From contig JACRHS010000016.1 in the NCBI GenBank assembly GCA_016217595.1, positions 1 to 64,000 of the forward strand: 64,000 bases of DNA, in the 5' to 3' direction. The notes below the pieces were generated by a model, which saw nothing but the letters and a program-made list of their open reading frames with translations, searched no databases and was not told where the DNA came from. Of the stretch, positions 48,100-58,713 are shown piece by piece. The translations under genes were made by a program, and so were the position numbers. Positions within the stretch are counted from its first letter, which is position 1; each line of letters starts with the position of its first letter. This DNA is from Opitutia bacterium. GTDB lineage: Bacteria > Verrucomicrobiota > Verrucomicrobiia > Opitutales > Opitutaceae.

Positions 48100-48702
48100 A
48101 TGTCAACTAAAGCTCAAGAAGTGGCCATTGACCGGCTGTTGGTCGATCGTTTCAAGCAAGGCGACGAAGCCGCCTTCAATGAAATGGTATCGCGCTATTG
48201 GGACCGTATTTATGCCATGGTGCACCAGCTCTTGCGCAACTCGCAAGATGCCGAGGAAGTCACCCAGGATGCGTTCATCCGGGCGCACCGCGGCCTCGTC
48301 AATTTCCGCGGCGACTCGGCGTTTTCCACCTGGCTTTACCAGATCGCCACAAACCTCGCGCGAAACCGCTATTGGTATTGGTGGCGGCGCAAGCGGGATC
48401 ACTCCGTGTCGTTCGACCAACCGATCAGTGGCGATAACGAAACTACGTTGGCCGAGCTGATCCCCGCCGAACTGGAGACGCCGGAGGATGCCACGGTCAC
48501 GCAAGAGCTGGTCAACCGCATCGCCGAGGGCATGGAGAAGCTCAACGCGAAGCACCGCGAGATTTTGATTTTAAGGAACGTCAAAAACATGTCCTACGAG
48601 GAAATCGCCGAAATTCTCGGCATCTCGGTGGGGACCGTAAAAAGCCGTATTGCGCGCGCCCGCGAAAGCTTACGCGCCACCTTGGGGGAGGATTTCAAAT
48701 GA
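48100..48702 (+). CDS. ECF (sigma-70 family group 4) RNA polymerase sigma factor
   Basis: Region 2 (EVTQDAFIRAHRGLVNFRG...FSTWLYQIATNLA) and region 4 HTH (MSYEEIAEILGISVGTVKSRIARARESL). ATG 48100 used; track start 48055 is TTG. Confidence 0.8.
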   Translation: MSTKAQEVAIDRLLVDRFKQGDEAAFNEMVSRYWDRIYAMVHQLLRNSQDAEEVTQDAFIRAHRGLVNFRGDSAFSTWLYQIATNLARNRYWYWWRRKRDHSVSFDQPISGDNETTLAELIPAELETPEDATVTQELVNRIAEGMEKLNAKHREILILRNVKNMSYEEIAEILGISVGTVKSRIARARESLRATLGEDFK

Positions 48703-49439
48703 ACCAATCTAAGTTTATCGAGCTGCTCAACCTGTACGTCGACCAGGAGATCGATCCCGCCGATGCGGCGTTGCTCGAAGAGGAGATCCAGCGCAATCCG
48801 GAGCGGCGCCAGCTTTACCTGCAATATTGCCGGATGCATCGCGCCAGCACGGTGCTCTTTGAACAATACCGTGCCGAGGCCGCGCCCGCTGCTGGTTCGT
48901 TGGCCGAAGCTGCCCGGGCTGCTGATCGCAAGGTGATCGCTTTCCCGACCCAGTCTCGTCGTCGTACGGGAAACTGGTTGATGGGGGCTGGCCTCGTGGC
49001 GGCCGCCGCTTGCGTGGCCGTGGTCTTTATCCGTCGGCCGCAGCAATCCGAGACGCAGATGGTCGGTGGCACGACGGTCGCGCAGGTGAAAACCGCGCCG
49101 GCCCCATCTGCGCCCGTAGCCGCTGTGCCCGTGGCCGCCAAGGCTTTTGTTCCTGTGACCGCGCCTGCCGCGCGTCCGACCTTCACCCCGGTGTTTGTGG
49201 CGCATCCGCTCAATCAGGCAGCTGCGGCCAATAATCAGGCGCCCTTGCTGGCGTCCGATCAAGAGGCGTTCAGCTGGATGCATCGGGTGCAACTGGCCCC
49301 GGTGCGCACGGTGTCGCCGGATGAGCTGGTATTTGAAAGCAAACCGGCGGCGACACGGGAGCAGGAGCTGCGCACTTTCACGGGCGCTCGTGCCGGACAA
49401 TTCCGCGTGGAGAACGCGGCGTTCCAATTCCAGCGCTGA
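48699..49439 (+). CDS. anti-sigma factor (membrane-spanning)
   Basis: ATGA-coupled to the ECF sigma gene. N-terminal anti-sigma helix (LLNLYVDQEIDPADAALLEEEIQRNPERRQLYLQY). Single TM (LMGAGLVAAAACVAVVFI). Ala/Pro-rich periplasmic tail. Confidence 0.7.
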   Translation: MNQSKFIELLNLYVDQEIDPADAALLEEEIQRNPERRQLYLQYCRMHRASTVLFEQYRAEAAPAAGSLAEAARAADRKVIAFPTQSRRRTGNWLMGAGLVAAAACVAVVFIRRPQQSETQMVGGTTVAQVKTAPAPSAPVAAVPVAAKAFVPVTAPAARPTFTPVFVAHPLNQAAAANNQAPLLASDQEAFSWMHRVQLAPVRTVSPDELVFESKPAATREQELRTFTGARAGQFRVENAAFQFQR

Positions 49440-49548
49440 GCAGACTCGGGGCATGAGGCCCTCGGGTCTCAGGCGCGGGCTTTTCACTTGATGGTGCGAG
49501 ACCATGGTCGGGCTTGTCTTGCCGGCCTGTTGGCGTCCTTGTCCTGCC

Positions 49549-52146
49549 ATGGTTTCTCCCTCCACACCGAGCGCGCCGCTGTTGCCGTTGCCCGGACCGT
49601 TCAATGCCGATGCAGTGCTCGACCGATTTCTCACGGTCGCGGCCGAGCGGGGCTTGCAGCTTTATCCGGAGCAGGAGGAGGCAATTTTGGAATTGCTGGC
49701 GGGGCATAATGTCATCCTGAACACCCCCACCGGCTCGGGAAAATCGCTCGTCGCCACCGCGTTTCACTTCAAGGCGCTCTGCGCCGGCGAGCGCTCCGTT
49801 TATACCTGCCCGATCAAGGCGCTGGTGAACGAAAAGTTTCTCGCGCTCTGCCGCGACTTCGGTCCCGCAAACGTCGGCATGATGACGGGCGACGCCAGCG
49901 TGAATCCGACGGCGCCCGTGCTTTGTTGCACGGCGGAAATCCTCGCCAACATCGCCCTGCACCGTGGCGACGCCACCGACATCGGCGCAGTGATCATGGA
50001 CGAGTTTCACTATTACTCGGACGCGGAGCGCGGTTATGCCTGGCAAGTGCCGTTGCTGACCATGCCGCGGGCGCGCTTTCTCCTGATGTCGGCGACGCTG
50101 GGCGCGACGACGTTTTTTGAAGGCGTGTTGGAGCGGCTGACCTGCGCCCCCGGCGTGACCGTGAGCAGCGTGCGCCGGCCGGTGCCGCTCGCGTTCGAAT
50201 ACTCGGAGACGCCGCTGGCGGAGCGGGTGGCGGCTTTGCTCACCGACAAACGCGCGCCGGTTTATCTCGTCTACTTCACGCAGCGCGCGGCGTCGGAGGC
50301 GGCGCAGGATTGGATGAGCCTCAACGTGTGCTCGCGCGAGGAAAAGGCCGTGCTGGCGGCCGAGCTGGAGCGGTTTCGTTTCAACAGTCCCTATGGTCGG
50401 GAAATGAAGCGTTGGCTGCGGCACGGCATCGGCGTGCACCATGCCGGCTTGCTCCCGAAGTACCGCATCCTCGTCGAGACGCTGGCGCAGCGCGGTCTGC
50501 TCAAACTCATTTGCGGCACCGATACCTTGGGCGTTGGCATCAACGTGCCGATCCGCACCGTGGTGTTCACCCAACTCTGGAAATACGACGGCCAGAAATC
50601 TGCCGTGCTCGGCGTGCGCGATTTTCGGCAAATCGCCGGTCGCGCCGGTCGCAAGGGTTACGACGATCAGGGCTACGTGATCGTGCAGGCGCCCGAGCAC
50701 GTCGTGGAAAACAAACGCGCCGAAGAGAAGGCCGCCGCCGATCCGAAGAAAAAACGCAAGGCCACCAAGCAGCGCGCCCCCGAGGGTAGCGTGAGTTGGG
50801 ACGCCCGCACGTTTGAGCGGTTGATGACGGCGCCGATGGAGGGCCTCGTGTCGCGTTTCGAGGTGACGCATGGGATGCTTCTGCTGGTGCTGAGTCGCGA
50901 TGCCGACGGATGTCGCGCGATGCGCCGCCTGATCGACGATTGTCACGAGCCCGCGGCGCGGAAACGCCAGCTGCGCCGGCGGTCCTGGCAGTTGTTCCGT
51001 TCGTTGCTCGAACGAAAAATCATCGAGTGGATTCCGCCGCAGCCCTCCGGACGAAAACTGCGGGTGAACGTCGATCTCCAGGAGGATTTTTCGCTGCATC
51101 AGGCGTTGTCGCTCTACCTCATCGACACGCTCCCGCTACTCGATCGCGAGTCGCCGGATTACCCCTTCGACGTGCTCACCCTGTGCGAGGCGATTGTGGA
51201 GGATCCTGACCAGATTTTGCGCCGGCAGGTCGACAAGCTGAAGGGCGAGAAGATCGAGGAATTGCGCGCGGCGGGGGTGCCGTACGAGGAGCGGATGGAG
51301 AAGCTGGAGGAGATCGAGCACCCGAAGCCGTTGCGCGAATTTCTCTACGAGACATTCAACAAATTCGCCGCGGCGCATCCGTGGATCGAACAGGAAAACG
51401 TTCGCCCCAAGTCCATCGCACGCGAGATGTACGAGCGTTACCTCTCGTTTTCCGAGTATGTGCGGACCTATGGGCTGGAGCGTTCGGAGGGGTTGCTGCT
51501 CCGCCATCTTTCGCAGGTCTGGAAAGTTCTGGCGCAGACCGTGCCCGATCAGGCAAAAACCGATGAAGTCGCGGAGCTGGAGCTCTATTTCCGCGAGTTG
51601 ATCCGCGGCGTCGATTCCAGCCTGCTCGAAGAATGGGAGCGGTTGCGCAATCCCGAGTTCGTCGCCGCCGAAACGGCCGACAAACCGGCGCGGCCGGAGA
51701 GTTTCGACATCACGCGCGACAGCGTCGGTTTCCGGCGTCTCGTGCGCACGGCGATCTTTGGCTTTTTGCAAGAGGTCGCGGTGCGCGATTGGGAAGGCGC
51801 GTCGTCGCGCCTGTCCGATGCGGCTGCGGGCGGCGGCACGGAAGTCGAGGGCGCACCGAGTGTCGCCAGTCCGGAGGCGCGGCGGATCGAGTCGGCGTTC
51901 GCGGCCTACTTTGCGCAACAGGAGCGTTTCCGACTGGACCCCGAGGGGCGGGCGACGAAGCACACGCATTGGACCGAGGATCGCGACGCTGGCGAACTGG
52001 CAGTGGACCAGGTGTTGATCGACGCCGCCGAGCACAACGATTGGGAGGCGCGCTTCGTGGTCTCGCTGGCTCAGTCGCGGGCGGAGAATCGCGCCGTGGT
52101 GCGTTTTGCCGGGGTGGGCCCGATCGGGGCGCCGCAGGAAAACTGA
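49549..52146 (+). CDS. DEAD/DEAH-box helicase with DUF3516-like C-terminal region
   Basis: Motif I TPTGSGKS, motif II DEFH, motif [12 protein letters not shown]. Long helical C-terminal extension. Alternative in-frame ATG at 49504. Confidence 0.8.
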   Translation: MVSPSTPSAPLLPLPGPFNADAVLDRFLTVAAERGLQLYPEQEEAILELLAGHNVILNTPTGSGKSLVATAFHFKALCAGERSVYTCPIKALVNEKFLALCRDFGPANVGMMTGDASVNPTAPVLCCTAEILANIALHRGDATDIGAVIMDEFHYYSDAERGYAWQVPLLTMPRARFLLMSATLGATTFFEGVLERLTCAPGVTVSSVRRPVPLAFEYSETPLAERVAALLTDKRAPVYLVYFTQRAASEAAQDWMSLNVCSREEKAVLAAELERFRFNSPYGREMKRWLRHGIGVHHAGLLPKYRILVETLAQRGLLKLICGTDTLGVGINVPIRTVVFTQLWKYDGQKSAVLGVRDFRQIAGRAGRKGYDDQGYVIVQAPEHVVENKRAEEKAAADPKKKRKATKQRAPEGSVSWDARTFERLMTAPMEGLVSRFEVTHGMLLLVLSRDADGCRAMRRLIDDCHEPAARKRQLRRRSWQLFRSLLERKIIEWIPPQPSGRKLRVNVDLQEDFSLHQALSLYLIDTLPLLDRESPDYPFDVLTLCEAIVEDPDQILRRQVDKLKGEKIEELRAAGVPYEERMEKLEEIEHPKPLREFLYETFNKFAAAHPWIEQENVRPKSIAREMYERYLSFSEYVRTYGLERSEGLLLRHLSQVWKVLAQTVPDQAKTDEVAELELYFRELIRGVDSSLLEEWERLRNPEFVAAETADKPARPESFDITRDSVGFRRLVRTAIFGFLQEVAVRDWEGASSRLSDAAAGGGTEVEGAPSVASPEARRIESAFAAYFAQQERFRLDPEGRATKHTHWTEDRDAGELAVDQVLIDAAEHNDWEARFVVSLAQSRAENRAVVRFAGVGPIGAPQEN

Positions 52147-52190
52147 GGATTGGCAACCGGCCGGCGGTGCGCATCGTGACGGCGATTCCC

Positions 52191-53459
52191 ATGCCCAACC
52201 GCTTTTACACCGCCTTCGATGCCGAGACCTATGGCACGGAGCGCAAGGTCGATTACCGCAGCGCATTTCAGATCGACCGCGATCGCATCATTCACTCTCA
52301 CGCGTTTCGCAAGCTCCAGTCGAAGACGCAGGTTTTCCTATCTGGCGAGTATGACTTTTATCGCACGCGGCTGACGCATTCCATCGAGGTGGCGCAGATC
52401 GGCCGCTCCATTTGCCGGTATCTGCAATCGCGGGGCGCGCCTCTGCGCGACGATTTCTACATCGACAGCGATCTCGTCGAAGCGGTGTGTCTGGCGCACG
52501 ATCTGGGGCATCCGCCGTTCGGGCATTCTGGCGAACGAACCTTGCAGGAAATCATGGTCAAGTGGGGCGGCTTCGAGGGCAATGCCCAGACGCTGCACAT
52601 GCTCACCGAGACCATGTACCAGAACGAATCCGGCGTACGCGGAATGCAACCGACGCGGGCGCTTCTCGATGGCGTGCTGAAGTACAAGAAATTGTTCCGC
52701 GAGTTTTCCGCCCCTCCGCATAATCACTTCCTCTACGATCCGCAGCACATCTATCGCAGTTTCGTGTTCGCCGGCGCCGAGATTCCGGCGGCCTTGCATG
52801 CGGGCGAGACGCTCAACGCCTTCAAGAGCGTGGAGTGTCAGATCATGGATTGGGCGGACGATGCGGCGTACTCGCTCAACGACATCGTCGACGGTGTGAA
52901 GGCCGGCTTCCTGACGGTGGAGCGCATCGAGCGTTGGGCGGCAGGAGAGGGGATTTCGGCCGAGCAACAGCAACTGCTCGACCATCTGATAGACGCGATC
53001 CGGAGCGATCGACTGGAAATGGTTTTCTCGCGCAAGATCGGCGCGTTTATTCGTTCCTGCCGTCTGCGCGAGCGCGCCAACTTCATGGCGGCGCGGACCA
53101 ACCGGTATCGTTACGAATTGGTCGTGGCGCCGGTGGCGGAGCGCGAGGCGCGGTTCTTCAAAAAGATGGCCAACGACATCATCTTCGAGAGCCCGCAGCT
53201 TCAGCAGATGGAGCACAAGGCGCGCAAGGTGCTCTTCGATCTCTGGGACTCCAGCTGGCGCAACTACGTCGAGTGCGGCTCCCGCGTGATCCACGTTTTG
53301 CCTCCCCGGGTCGGACTGCTGATCGAAGCGGAGACGACACAGCCGGGTAAAGCGCGCCGCATCTGCGACTGGTTGGCGGGCCTCACCGATGGCATGATCG
53401 TGCGCACCTATCGACGGCTCTTCGATCCCGAGTTTGGTTCGATTCGCGACCTGAGTTGA
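52191..53459 (+). CDS. dgt: dGTPase-family HD phosphohydrolase (deoxyguanosinetriphosphate triphosphohydrolase-like)
   Basis: HD motifs RLTHSIEVAQIGRSI and LAHDLGHPPFGH. 422 aa. ATG at 52191; the track ORF has a spurious 5' extension. Confidence 0.85.
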   Translation: MPNRFYTAFDAETYGTERKVDYRSAFQIDRDRIIHSHAFRKLQSKTQVFLSGEYDFYRTRLTHSIEVAQIGRSICRYLQSRGAPLRDDFYIDSDLVEAVCLAHDLGHPPFGHSGERTLQEIMVKWGGFEGNAQTLHMLTETMYQNESGVRGMQPTRALLDGVLKYKKLFREFSAPPHNHFLYDPQHIYRSFVFAGAEIPAALHAGETLNAFKSVECQIMDWADDAAYSLNDIVDGVKAGFLTVERIERWAAGEGISAEQQQLLDHLIDAIRSDRLEMVFSRKIGAFIRSCRLRERANFMAARTNRYRYELVVAPVAEREARFFKKMANDIIFESPQLQQMEHKARKVLFDLWDSSWRNYVECGSRVIHVLPPRVGLLIEAETTQPGKARRICDWLAGLTDGMIVRTYRRLFDPEFGSIRDLS

Positions 53460-53696
53460 GTGCTGGCGCGCGGTAAACGGCTGCACCGGGACACGATTGC
53501 GCGCCGTGTGCTTGCTGTGCGTGCCGCAGTGACGCAGTTACAGTTTTGCACAGAGTTTCCATACGGCCGAGTTGCGCTTGCATTTACCCTCGTTCCTGTG
53601 ATTTGAGGCAGTCCGCCGCGAGCGCGGTCTGGTTGCAAAAATTGGACCGTAACTTGCAGGCGAAACATCGTTCAACAACCTTCATTTCCTCCTCCC

Positions 53697-54401
53697 ATGC
53701 TAATCTGGTTTATTCTCATCGGTGTTCCCATGCTTTTCGGCCTCTACGCGCAATTCAGAGTGTCCAGCGCCTATAACCGGAACGTGCAGATCCCATCGCG
53801 TGGCGGCATCACCGGCGCCGAGGCCGCGGAAGCGGTCATGCGCCGTGCCGGCATTAACGACGTCGAAATTGTGGAAGTGGAAGGTCACCTGACTGACCAC
53901 TACGACCCGACCCACAAGCGGCTCGCGCTTTCGTCTGACAACTATCGCGGTACGAGCTTGGCTGCGCTCGGAGTGGCCGCGCATGAAGCGGGTCACGCGA
54001 TTCAGCACAAAGTCGGCTATTCGATGATGAAGTTCCGTCAGACCATGGTGCCGGCGGTGCAGATCGCCGCGCCGTTTGCCACCTGGGGCGCGATGATCGG
54101 GCTCCTGCTGCTCGGCTATCTCGGCGTTAAGTTCGGCATTGTGTTGTTGCAGCTGGCGGTGCTCGGCATGGGCGCGATCACGCTGTTTCACTTGGTAACA
54201 TTGCCGGTGGAATTCGACGCCAGCCGTCGCGCCAAGGTTGAGCTGGTCAATCTCGGCATTCTCGATGCCGATGAGATGCCGGGCGTGCACGAGACGCTCG
54301 ATGCGGCGGCGCTGACTTATGTTGCGGCGTTGGTGGCATCGCTCGGCAGCTTGCTCCACCTTTTGCTGATTCTCGGCGGGGTGTCGCGGCGCGACGACTA
54401 A
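53697..54401 (+). CDS. membrane zinc metallopeptidase (Zn_peptidase_2 family)
   Basis: HEAGHAIQH zinc-binding motif; TM helices at both ends. 234 aa. Confidence 0.75.
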   Translation: MLIWFILIGVPMLFGLYAQFRVSSAYNRNVQIPSRGGITGAEAAEAVMRRAGINDVEIVEVEGHLTDHYDPTHKRLALSSDNYRGTSLAALGVAAHEAGHAIQHKVGYSMMKFRQTMVPAVQIAAPFATWGAMIGLLLLGYLGVKFGIVLLQLAVLGMGAITLFHLVTLPVEFDASRRAKVELVNLGILDADEMPGVHETLDAAALTYVAALVASLGSLLHLLLILGGVSRRDD

Positions 54402-54451
54402 AGAATTTTGAGTCGCAGCCGGGCGGCGGGCGACCCAACTTCACGGGTCGC

Positions 54452-55768
54452 ATGGCTACATTTCAGACGCTTCCCGGTTTCCGTGAATTCTATCCCGACG
54501 CGCTGGCGCGCCGGAACCACATTTTCCGTGTGTGGCGGCACGCCGCGCAGTCGTTTGGTTTCCAGGAGTATGATGCGCCGGTGCTGGAGCCATTGGAACT
54601 CTACAAAACCAAGTCGGGCGACGAGATCGAGCAGCAGCTCTTCAGCTTCACCGACAAAGGTGGCCGCGAGGTGGCGTTGCGACCGGAGATGACGCCCACC
54701 GTGTGCCGGCTCGTCGGCGAGAAGGCCAACACGCTGAAGCGCCCGATCAAGTGGTTTTCCATCGCGGAGTTTTACCGTTACGAGCGCATGCAGAAGGGGC
54801 GCGGGCGGTGTTTCTTTCAGTTCAATGCCGACATCTTCGGCGAACCCGGTCCCGAGGCAGAAACCGAACTCATTGCGATGTTGGTGCAGTGTCTCGCGGC
54901 CTTTGGGCTGACGGAGCAGGATTTCTACGTGCGGCTCAGTGACCGCAACCTCTGGTTCTACTACCTGGAGGCACTCGGGCTCGACGAGGCGCGGATTCGC
55001 GCCGTGCTCTCGGCCGTCGACAAGTACGAGAAGATCGGCGACGACGCTTTCAAGCCGTACGGCGAACAATTTGGTCCGCTCGATGACGCCTTGAAGGCCA
55101 AGGTACTCGCGTTTCTCCAGATCAAGTCGCTGGCGGCTTTGGAGCAGACGCTGGCCGGAGTGGGTGGCGATAAGCTCACCGCGCGGCTGGCTGACTGGCG
55201 CAAGCTTCTCGGCAATCTTCAAGCGATGGGGCTGAGCCGTTTCATCGAGGTGGATCTCGGCGTGGTGCGCGGACTGGCCTATTACACGGGTTTTGTGTTC
55301 GAGGCGTTCGACCGCAAAGGCGAGCTGCGCGCGCTGGCGGGCGGCGGCCGGTACGACAACCTCGTTGGCAAACTGGGCTACGGCGAACTGCCGGCGGTGG
55401 GCTTTGCGATCGGCGACATGACCTTCGCGCTGTTGCTGGAGCAACGCGGTTTGATGCCCGCTTTCGTGCAATCGCCGGACGTCTATAGCGTGATCGGCGG
55501 AGAGAAAGAACGCTTGGCGGCGTTTGCCGACATCCATGCGCTGCGGGCGGCGGGCTATCGCGTGGAGTATCCGCTCAAGGATCTGGCCTTCGGCAAACAG
55601 TTCAAAGCGGCGGCCGAGTCCGGCGCCAAAGTGGCGCTCATCTACGGCGGCGACGAACTCGCCAAGGGTGTGGTGAAACTGCGCGATCTGCGTCAGCGCG
55701 CCGAACACGAGGTGCCGCGCGACCAAGTGCTCACTGCCGTGCGCGACCTGCTGAGCGCGCCCGCGTAA
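54452..55768 (+). CDS. hisS: histidine--tRNA ligase
   Basis: Class II aaRS motifs (FRHE-like ...RPEMTPTV..., GGGRYD) and C-terminal anticodon-binding domain. 438 aa. Confidence 0.9.
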   Translation: MATFQTLPGFREFYPDALARRNHIFRVWRHAAQSFGFQEYDAPVLEPLELYKTKSGDEIEQQLFSFTDKGGREVALRPEMTPTVCRLVGEKANTLKRPIKWFSIAEFYRYERMQKGRGRCFFQFNADIFGEPGPEAETELIAMLVQCLAAFGLTEQDFYVRLSDRNLWFYYLEALGLDEARIRAVLSAVDKYEKIGDDAFKPYGEQFGPLDDALKAKVLAFLQIKSLAALEQTLAGVGGDKLTARLADWRKLLGNLQAMGLSRFIEVDLGVVRGLAYYTGFVFEAFDRKGELRALAGGGRYDNLVGKLGYGELPAVGFAIGDMTFALLLEQRGLMPAFVQSPDVYSVIGGEKERLAAFADIHALRAAGYRVEYPLKDLAFGKQFKAAAESGAKVALIYGGDELAKGVVKLRDLRQRAEHEVPRDQVLTAVRDLLSAPA

Positions 55769-55780
55769 AGTTTCCGTGTC

Positions 55781-56578
55781 ATGAAGACAAACTGGCGGCG
55801 GTGGTTGCGGATGGCGCTGCTGGTGGCCGGGCTTTACCTCGCGGCAGGCTGCATTCTGCGCACGGTCGCCAATCACATGGCATTCCATCGCATCCCGGCC
55901 ACCTATGTTTCGGGCGGAGAGTTTCGTTTCTTGACGACGGAAGATGGCGCGAAGATCGCCGCTTGTTTTCTGCCGCAGCCGCAGGCGCGTTTCACGATTC
56001 TCTATCTGCATGGCAACGGCAGCGAACTGGGCCGGGACCGGCCATTTCTGGAGCAATTGCACGCACACGGCTTCGCGGTACTGGCGATCGATTATCGCGG
56101 TTATGGACTGAGCGATGGCGACATTTCCGAACGCGCCGTGCATGCCGATGTCCGCGCGGCGTGGAAATTTCTGCGCGAAGAACAGCGCGTGCCGGCGGAG
56201 CGGATCATCGTCTATGGCTATTCTTTGGGCGGCGGATCGGCGGTGGAGCTGGCCGCCAGCCAGCCTGTGGCCGGACTGATCTTGCAGGCGACGTTCACCA
56301 GCGTGTTTGCGGTGCAATCGCGGCCTGCGGCGGCGGTCTTTGCGCCTTTCGATATTTTCCGCAATCGCGCGCGAATTGCCGATGTGCCTTGCCCTGTTTT
56401 ACTCCTGCATGGCCGGGCAGATCGGGTCGTGCCTTTCTCGCATGGAGAATCCCTCCTAGCGGCGGCGCGGGAGCCCAAACGTGCGGTCTGGCTCGATGCC
56501 GCCGGCCATGGCGATCTTATCCGCCGGATGGGGCGAGACTACTGGACGATTCTCGGCGAATTTACCGGGCGTTTGTGA
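55781..56578 (+). CDS. alpha/beta hydrolase (S9/S33-like, membrane-anchored)
   Basis: N-terminal TM. HGNGS oxyanion region. Nucleophile elbow GYSLGG. Asp/His in LLLHGRADRVVP...GHGDL. Confidence 0.8.
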   Translation: MKTNWRRWLRMALLVAGLYLAAGCILRTVANHMAFHRIPATYVSGGEFRFLTTEDGAKIAACFLPQPQARFTILYLHGNGSELGRDRPFLEQLHAHGFAVLAIDYRGYGLSDGDISERAVHADVRAAWKFLREEQRVPAERIIVYGYSLGGGSAVELAASQPVAGLILQATFTSVFAVQSRPAAAVFAPFDIFRNRARIADVPCPVLLLHGRADRVVPFSHGESLLAAAREPKRAVWLDAAGHGDLIRRMGRDYWTILGEFTGRL

Positions 56579-56668
56579 GGCGTCGCAGGGGCGGCGATGT
56601 GAAAATGGGGTTTCCGAAAATTGTGCTTGAAGCAAACGCGGAAACGGTTCTGTTTCCCCACTCCTTTC

Positions 56669-56754
56669 GGGGGTATCGCATAGTGGCAATTGCGGCAGAC
56701 TGTAAATCTGCTGACCTCTGGTCTACCTTGGTTCGAGTCCAAGTGCCCCCACCA
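56669..56754 (+). tRNA. tRNA-Tyr (anticodon GTA), type II long variable arm, CCA encoded
   Basis: Acceptor GGGGGTA/TGCCCCC. Anticodon arm GCAGACTGTAAATCTGC is identical to E. coli tRNA-Tyr. T-arm GGTTCGAGTCC. 3' ACCA. Confidence 0.9.
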
Positions 56755-56760
56755 CTTTTA

Positions 56761-56783
56761 GCCCGCTTCGGCGGGCTTTTTTT
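56761..56783 (+). terminator. rho-independent terminator after tRNA-Tyr
   Basis: GCCCGC-TTCG-GCGGGC hairpin followed by TTTTTTT. Confidence 0.8.
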
Positions 56784-56837
56784 GCGCCTCGATCCGGCGA
56801 CACCGCGCGGGTGCCGCCGGACAGAGAGGGGCGCAAC

Positions 56838-58505
56838 TCAGGCGCGGGTGAGAGCGCGGTTGACGGCGCTGACGATGGCTTTGATCGAGGCCAGCTCGAT
56901 ATTCGTGTCGGTGCCGGCACCGTAGAGGCTCTGGCCGCGCTCGGTCTTGATCTGGATGTAGCTGACCGCGCGGGCCTCGGCGCCCTTGCCGAGGGAGTGC
57001 TCGGAATAGTTGAGCAGCTCGAATTTTGGCAGGTTGATGCTGCTCAACGCCCGCACAAACGCATCGATGGGGCCATTGCCCTCGGCGGTGAGCCTGTGGG
57101 CCTTGCCGTCGAGTTTGATGGTGGCCTCGCAGCGCACGGCGCTGTCGCGCTCGGTGGTCTTGAAGTGCTCCAAGATCACAGGCGCCGTGCGTTGCAGGTA
57201 TTCTTGTTGGAACACTTCGTGGATCTCGGCTGCGGTTAGCTCGGTGCCCTTCTTGTCGGCGAGGTCGTTGACGATCTTACCGATCTCCTTGTGCATGATC
57301 TTCGGCAACTGGTAGCCGAATTCGTGTTCGAGCACATAGGCGACGCCGCCTTTGCCCGACTGCGAATTGATCCGGATGATCGCCTTGTAGCTGCGGCCGA
57401 TGTCGGCGGGGTCGAGGGGAATGTAGAGCACATCCCATGGCGCGCCGGGCGTCTGTTTTTCCCACGATTTCTTGATCGCGTCCTGGTGCGAGCCGCTGAA
57501 GGCGGTGAACACGAGCTCGCCGGCGTACGGCTGGCGCGCGGGCACCTCCATGCGGGTGGTGCGTTCGTAGACCTCGCGGATTTCGTTGATGTCGGCGAAA
57601 TCGAGCCCCGGGTGAATGCCATGCGTGTAGAGGTTGAGCGCAACCGTCACGATATCCAGGTTGCCGGTACGTTCGCCGTTGCCGAAGAGCGTGCCTTCGA
57701 CGCGGTCGGCGCCCGCGAGCATGCCGAGCTCGGTGGCGGCGATGCCGGTGCCGCGGTCGTTGTGCGTGTGCAGCGAGATGAGCGTCGCCTCGCGGCGGCG
57801 CAGGTGGGTGCACATCCACTCGATCTGGTCGGCGTGCACGTTGGGCGTGGCGTACTCGACCGTCGCGGGCAGATTGAGGATGATCTTGTTGTCCACCGTC
57901 GGTTGCCACACGTCAGTGACGGCCTCGCAGATTTCCAACGCAAACTCCATTTCCGTGCTCGTGAAACTCTCCGGCGAATACTCCAGGCGGAGTCGGGTGC
58001 CGGCGGCGATGAGCGGCTGCGACAACCGCTTGAGCAGCGCGATGGCGTCGGTTGCGATCTTGACGATGGTGGATTTCTCCGCGCCGAAAACGTAGCGGCG
58101 CTGCGCCGGCGACGTGGAGTTATAGAGGTGGAAGATGACGTTCTTCGCGCCGCGCAGCGCTTCGAGCGAGCGCGTGATCAGATCTTCGCGGCACTGGCAG
58201 AGCACCTGGATGGCGACGTCGTCGGGGATGCGTTTCTCCTCGATGAGGCGGCGGGTGAAATCGAACTCGATCTGCGAGGCCGAGGGAAAGCCGACCTCGA
58301 TTTCCTTGAAGCCGATCTTCACCAGCATCTCGAAGTATTCGAGCTTCTCCTCGACGCTCATGGGTTGGGCGAGGGCCTGGTTGCCATCGCGCAGATCGAC
58401 GCTGCACCAGATCGGGGCGCGGGAGAGCGTGCGGTTGGGCCACTGGCGGTTGGGCAGGTGGACGGGCGGAAAGGCGCGGTACTTGGTAATGGGAGCAGAT
58501 TGCAT
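56838..58505 (-). CDS. leuA: 2-isopropylmalate synthase (long, LeuA type 2 / actinobacterial-like)
   Basis: DLRDGNQ and HTHNDRGTG motifs of the DRE-TIM aldolase. C-terminal LeuA dimerisation/regulatory domain. 555 aa. Confidence 0.9.
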   Translation of the reverse strand: MQSAPITKYRAFPPVHLPNRQWPNRTLSRAPIWCSVDLRDGNQALAQPMSVEEKLEYFEMLVKIGFKEIEVGFPSASQIEFDFTRRLIEEKRIPDDVAIQVLCQCREDLITRSLEALRGAKNVIFHLYNSTSPAQRRYVFGAEKSTIVKIATDAIALLKRLSQPLIAAGTRLRLEYSPESFTSTEMEFALEICEAVTDVWQPTVDNKIILNLPATVEYATPNVHADQIEWMCTHLRRREATLISLHTHNDRGTGIAATELGMLAGADRVEGTLFGNGERTGNLDIVTVALNLYTHGIHPGLDFADINEIREVYERTTRMEVPARQPYAGELVFTAFSGSHQDAIKKSWEKQTPGAPWDVLYIPLDPADIGRSYKAIIRINSQSGKGGVAYVLEHEFGYQLPKIMHKEIGKIVNDLADKKGTELTAAEIHEVFQQEYLQRTAPVILEHFKTTERDSAVRCEATIKLDGKAHRLTAEGNGPIDAFVRALSSINLPKFELLNYSEHSLGKGAEARAVSYIQIKTERGQSLYGAGTDTNIELASIKAIVSAVNRALTRA

Positions 58506-58713
58506 GACGAAACTTGGACGAAGGTTGACGTTATAGACTATACGTCGGCGAGCACGGATAAAAACGGCACCGACGTGGTGGCGAGCAGGCGGGTGGGACG
58601 CACGATCAACCGCGGCGCGCGGTGCTCACGGATCGTGCGTCTAGCTAAGTCGCAGTGCCTGCAAAAAGTCTCGCATGAAGGTTAAGGCGGATATCGTCAC
58701 GATTCCCCTCTAG

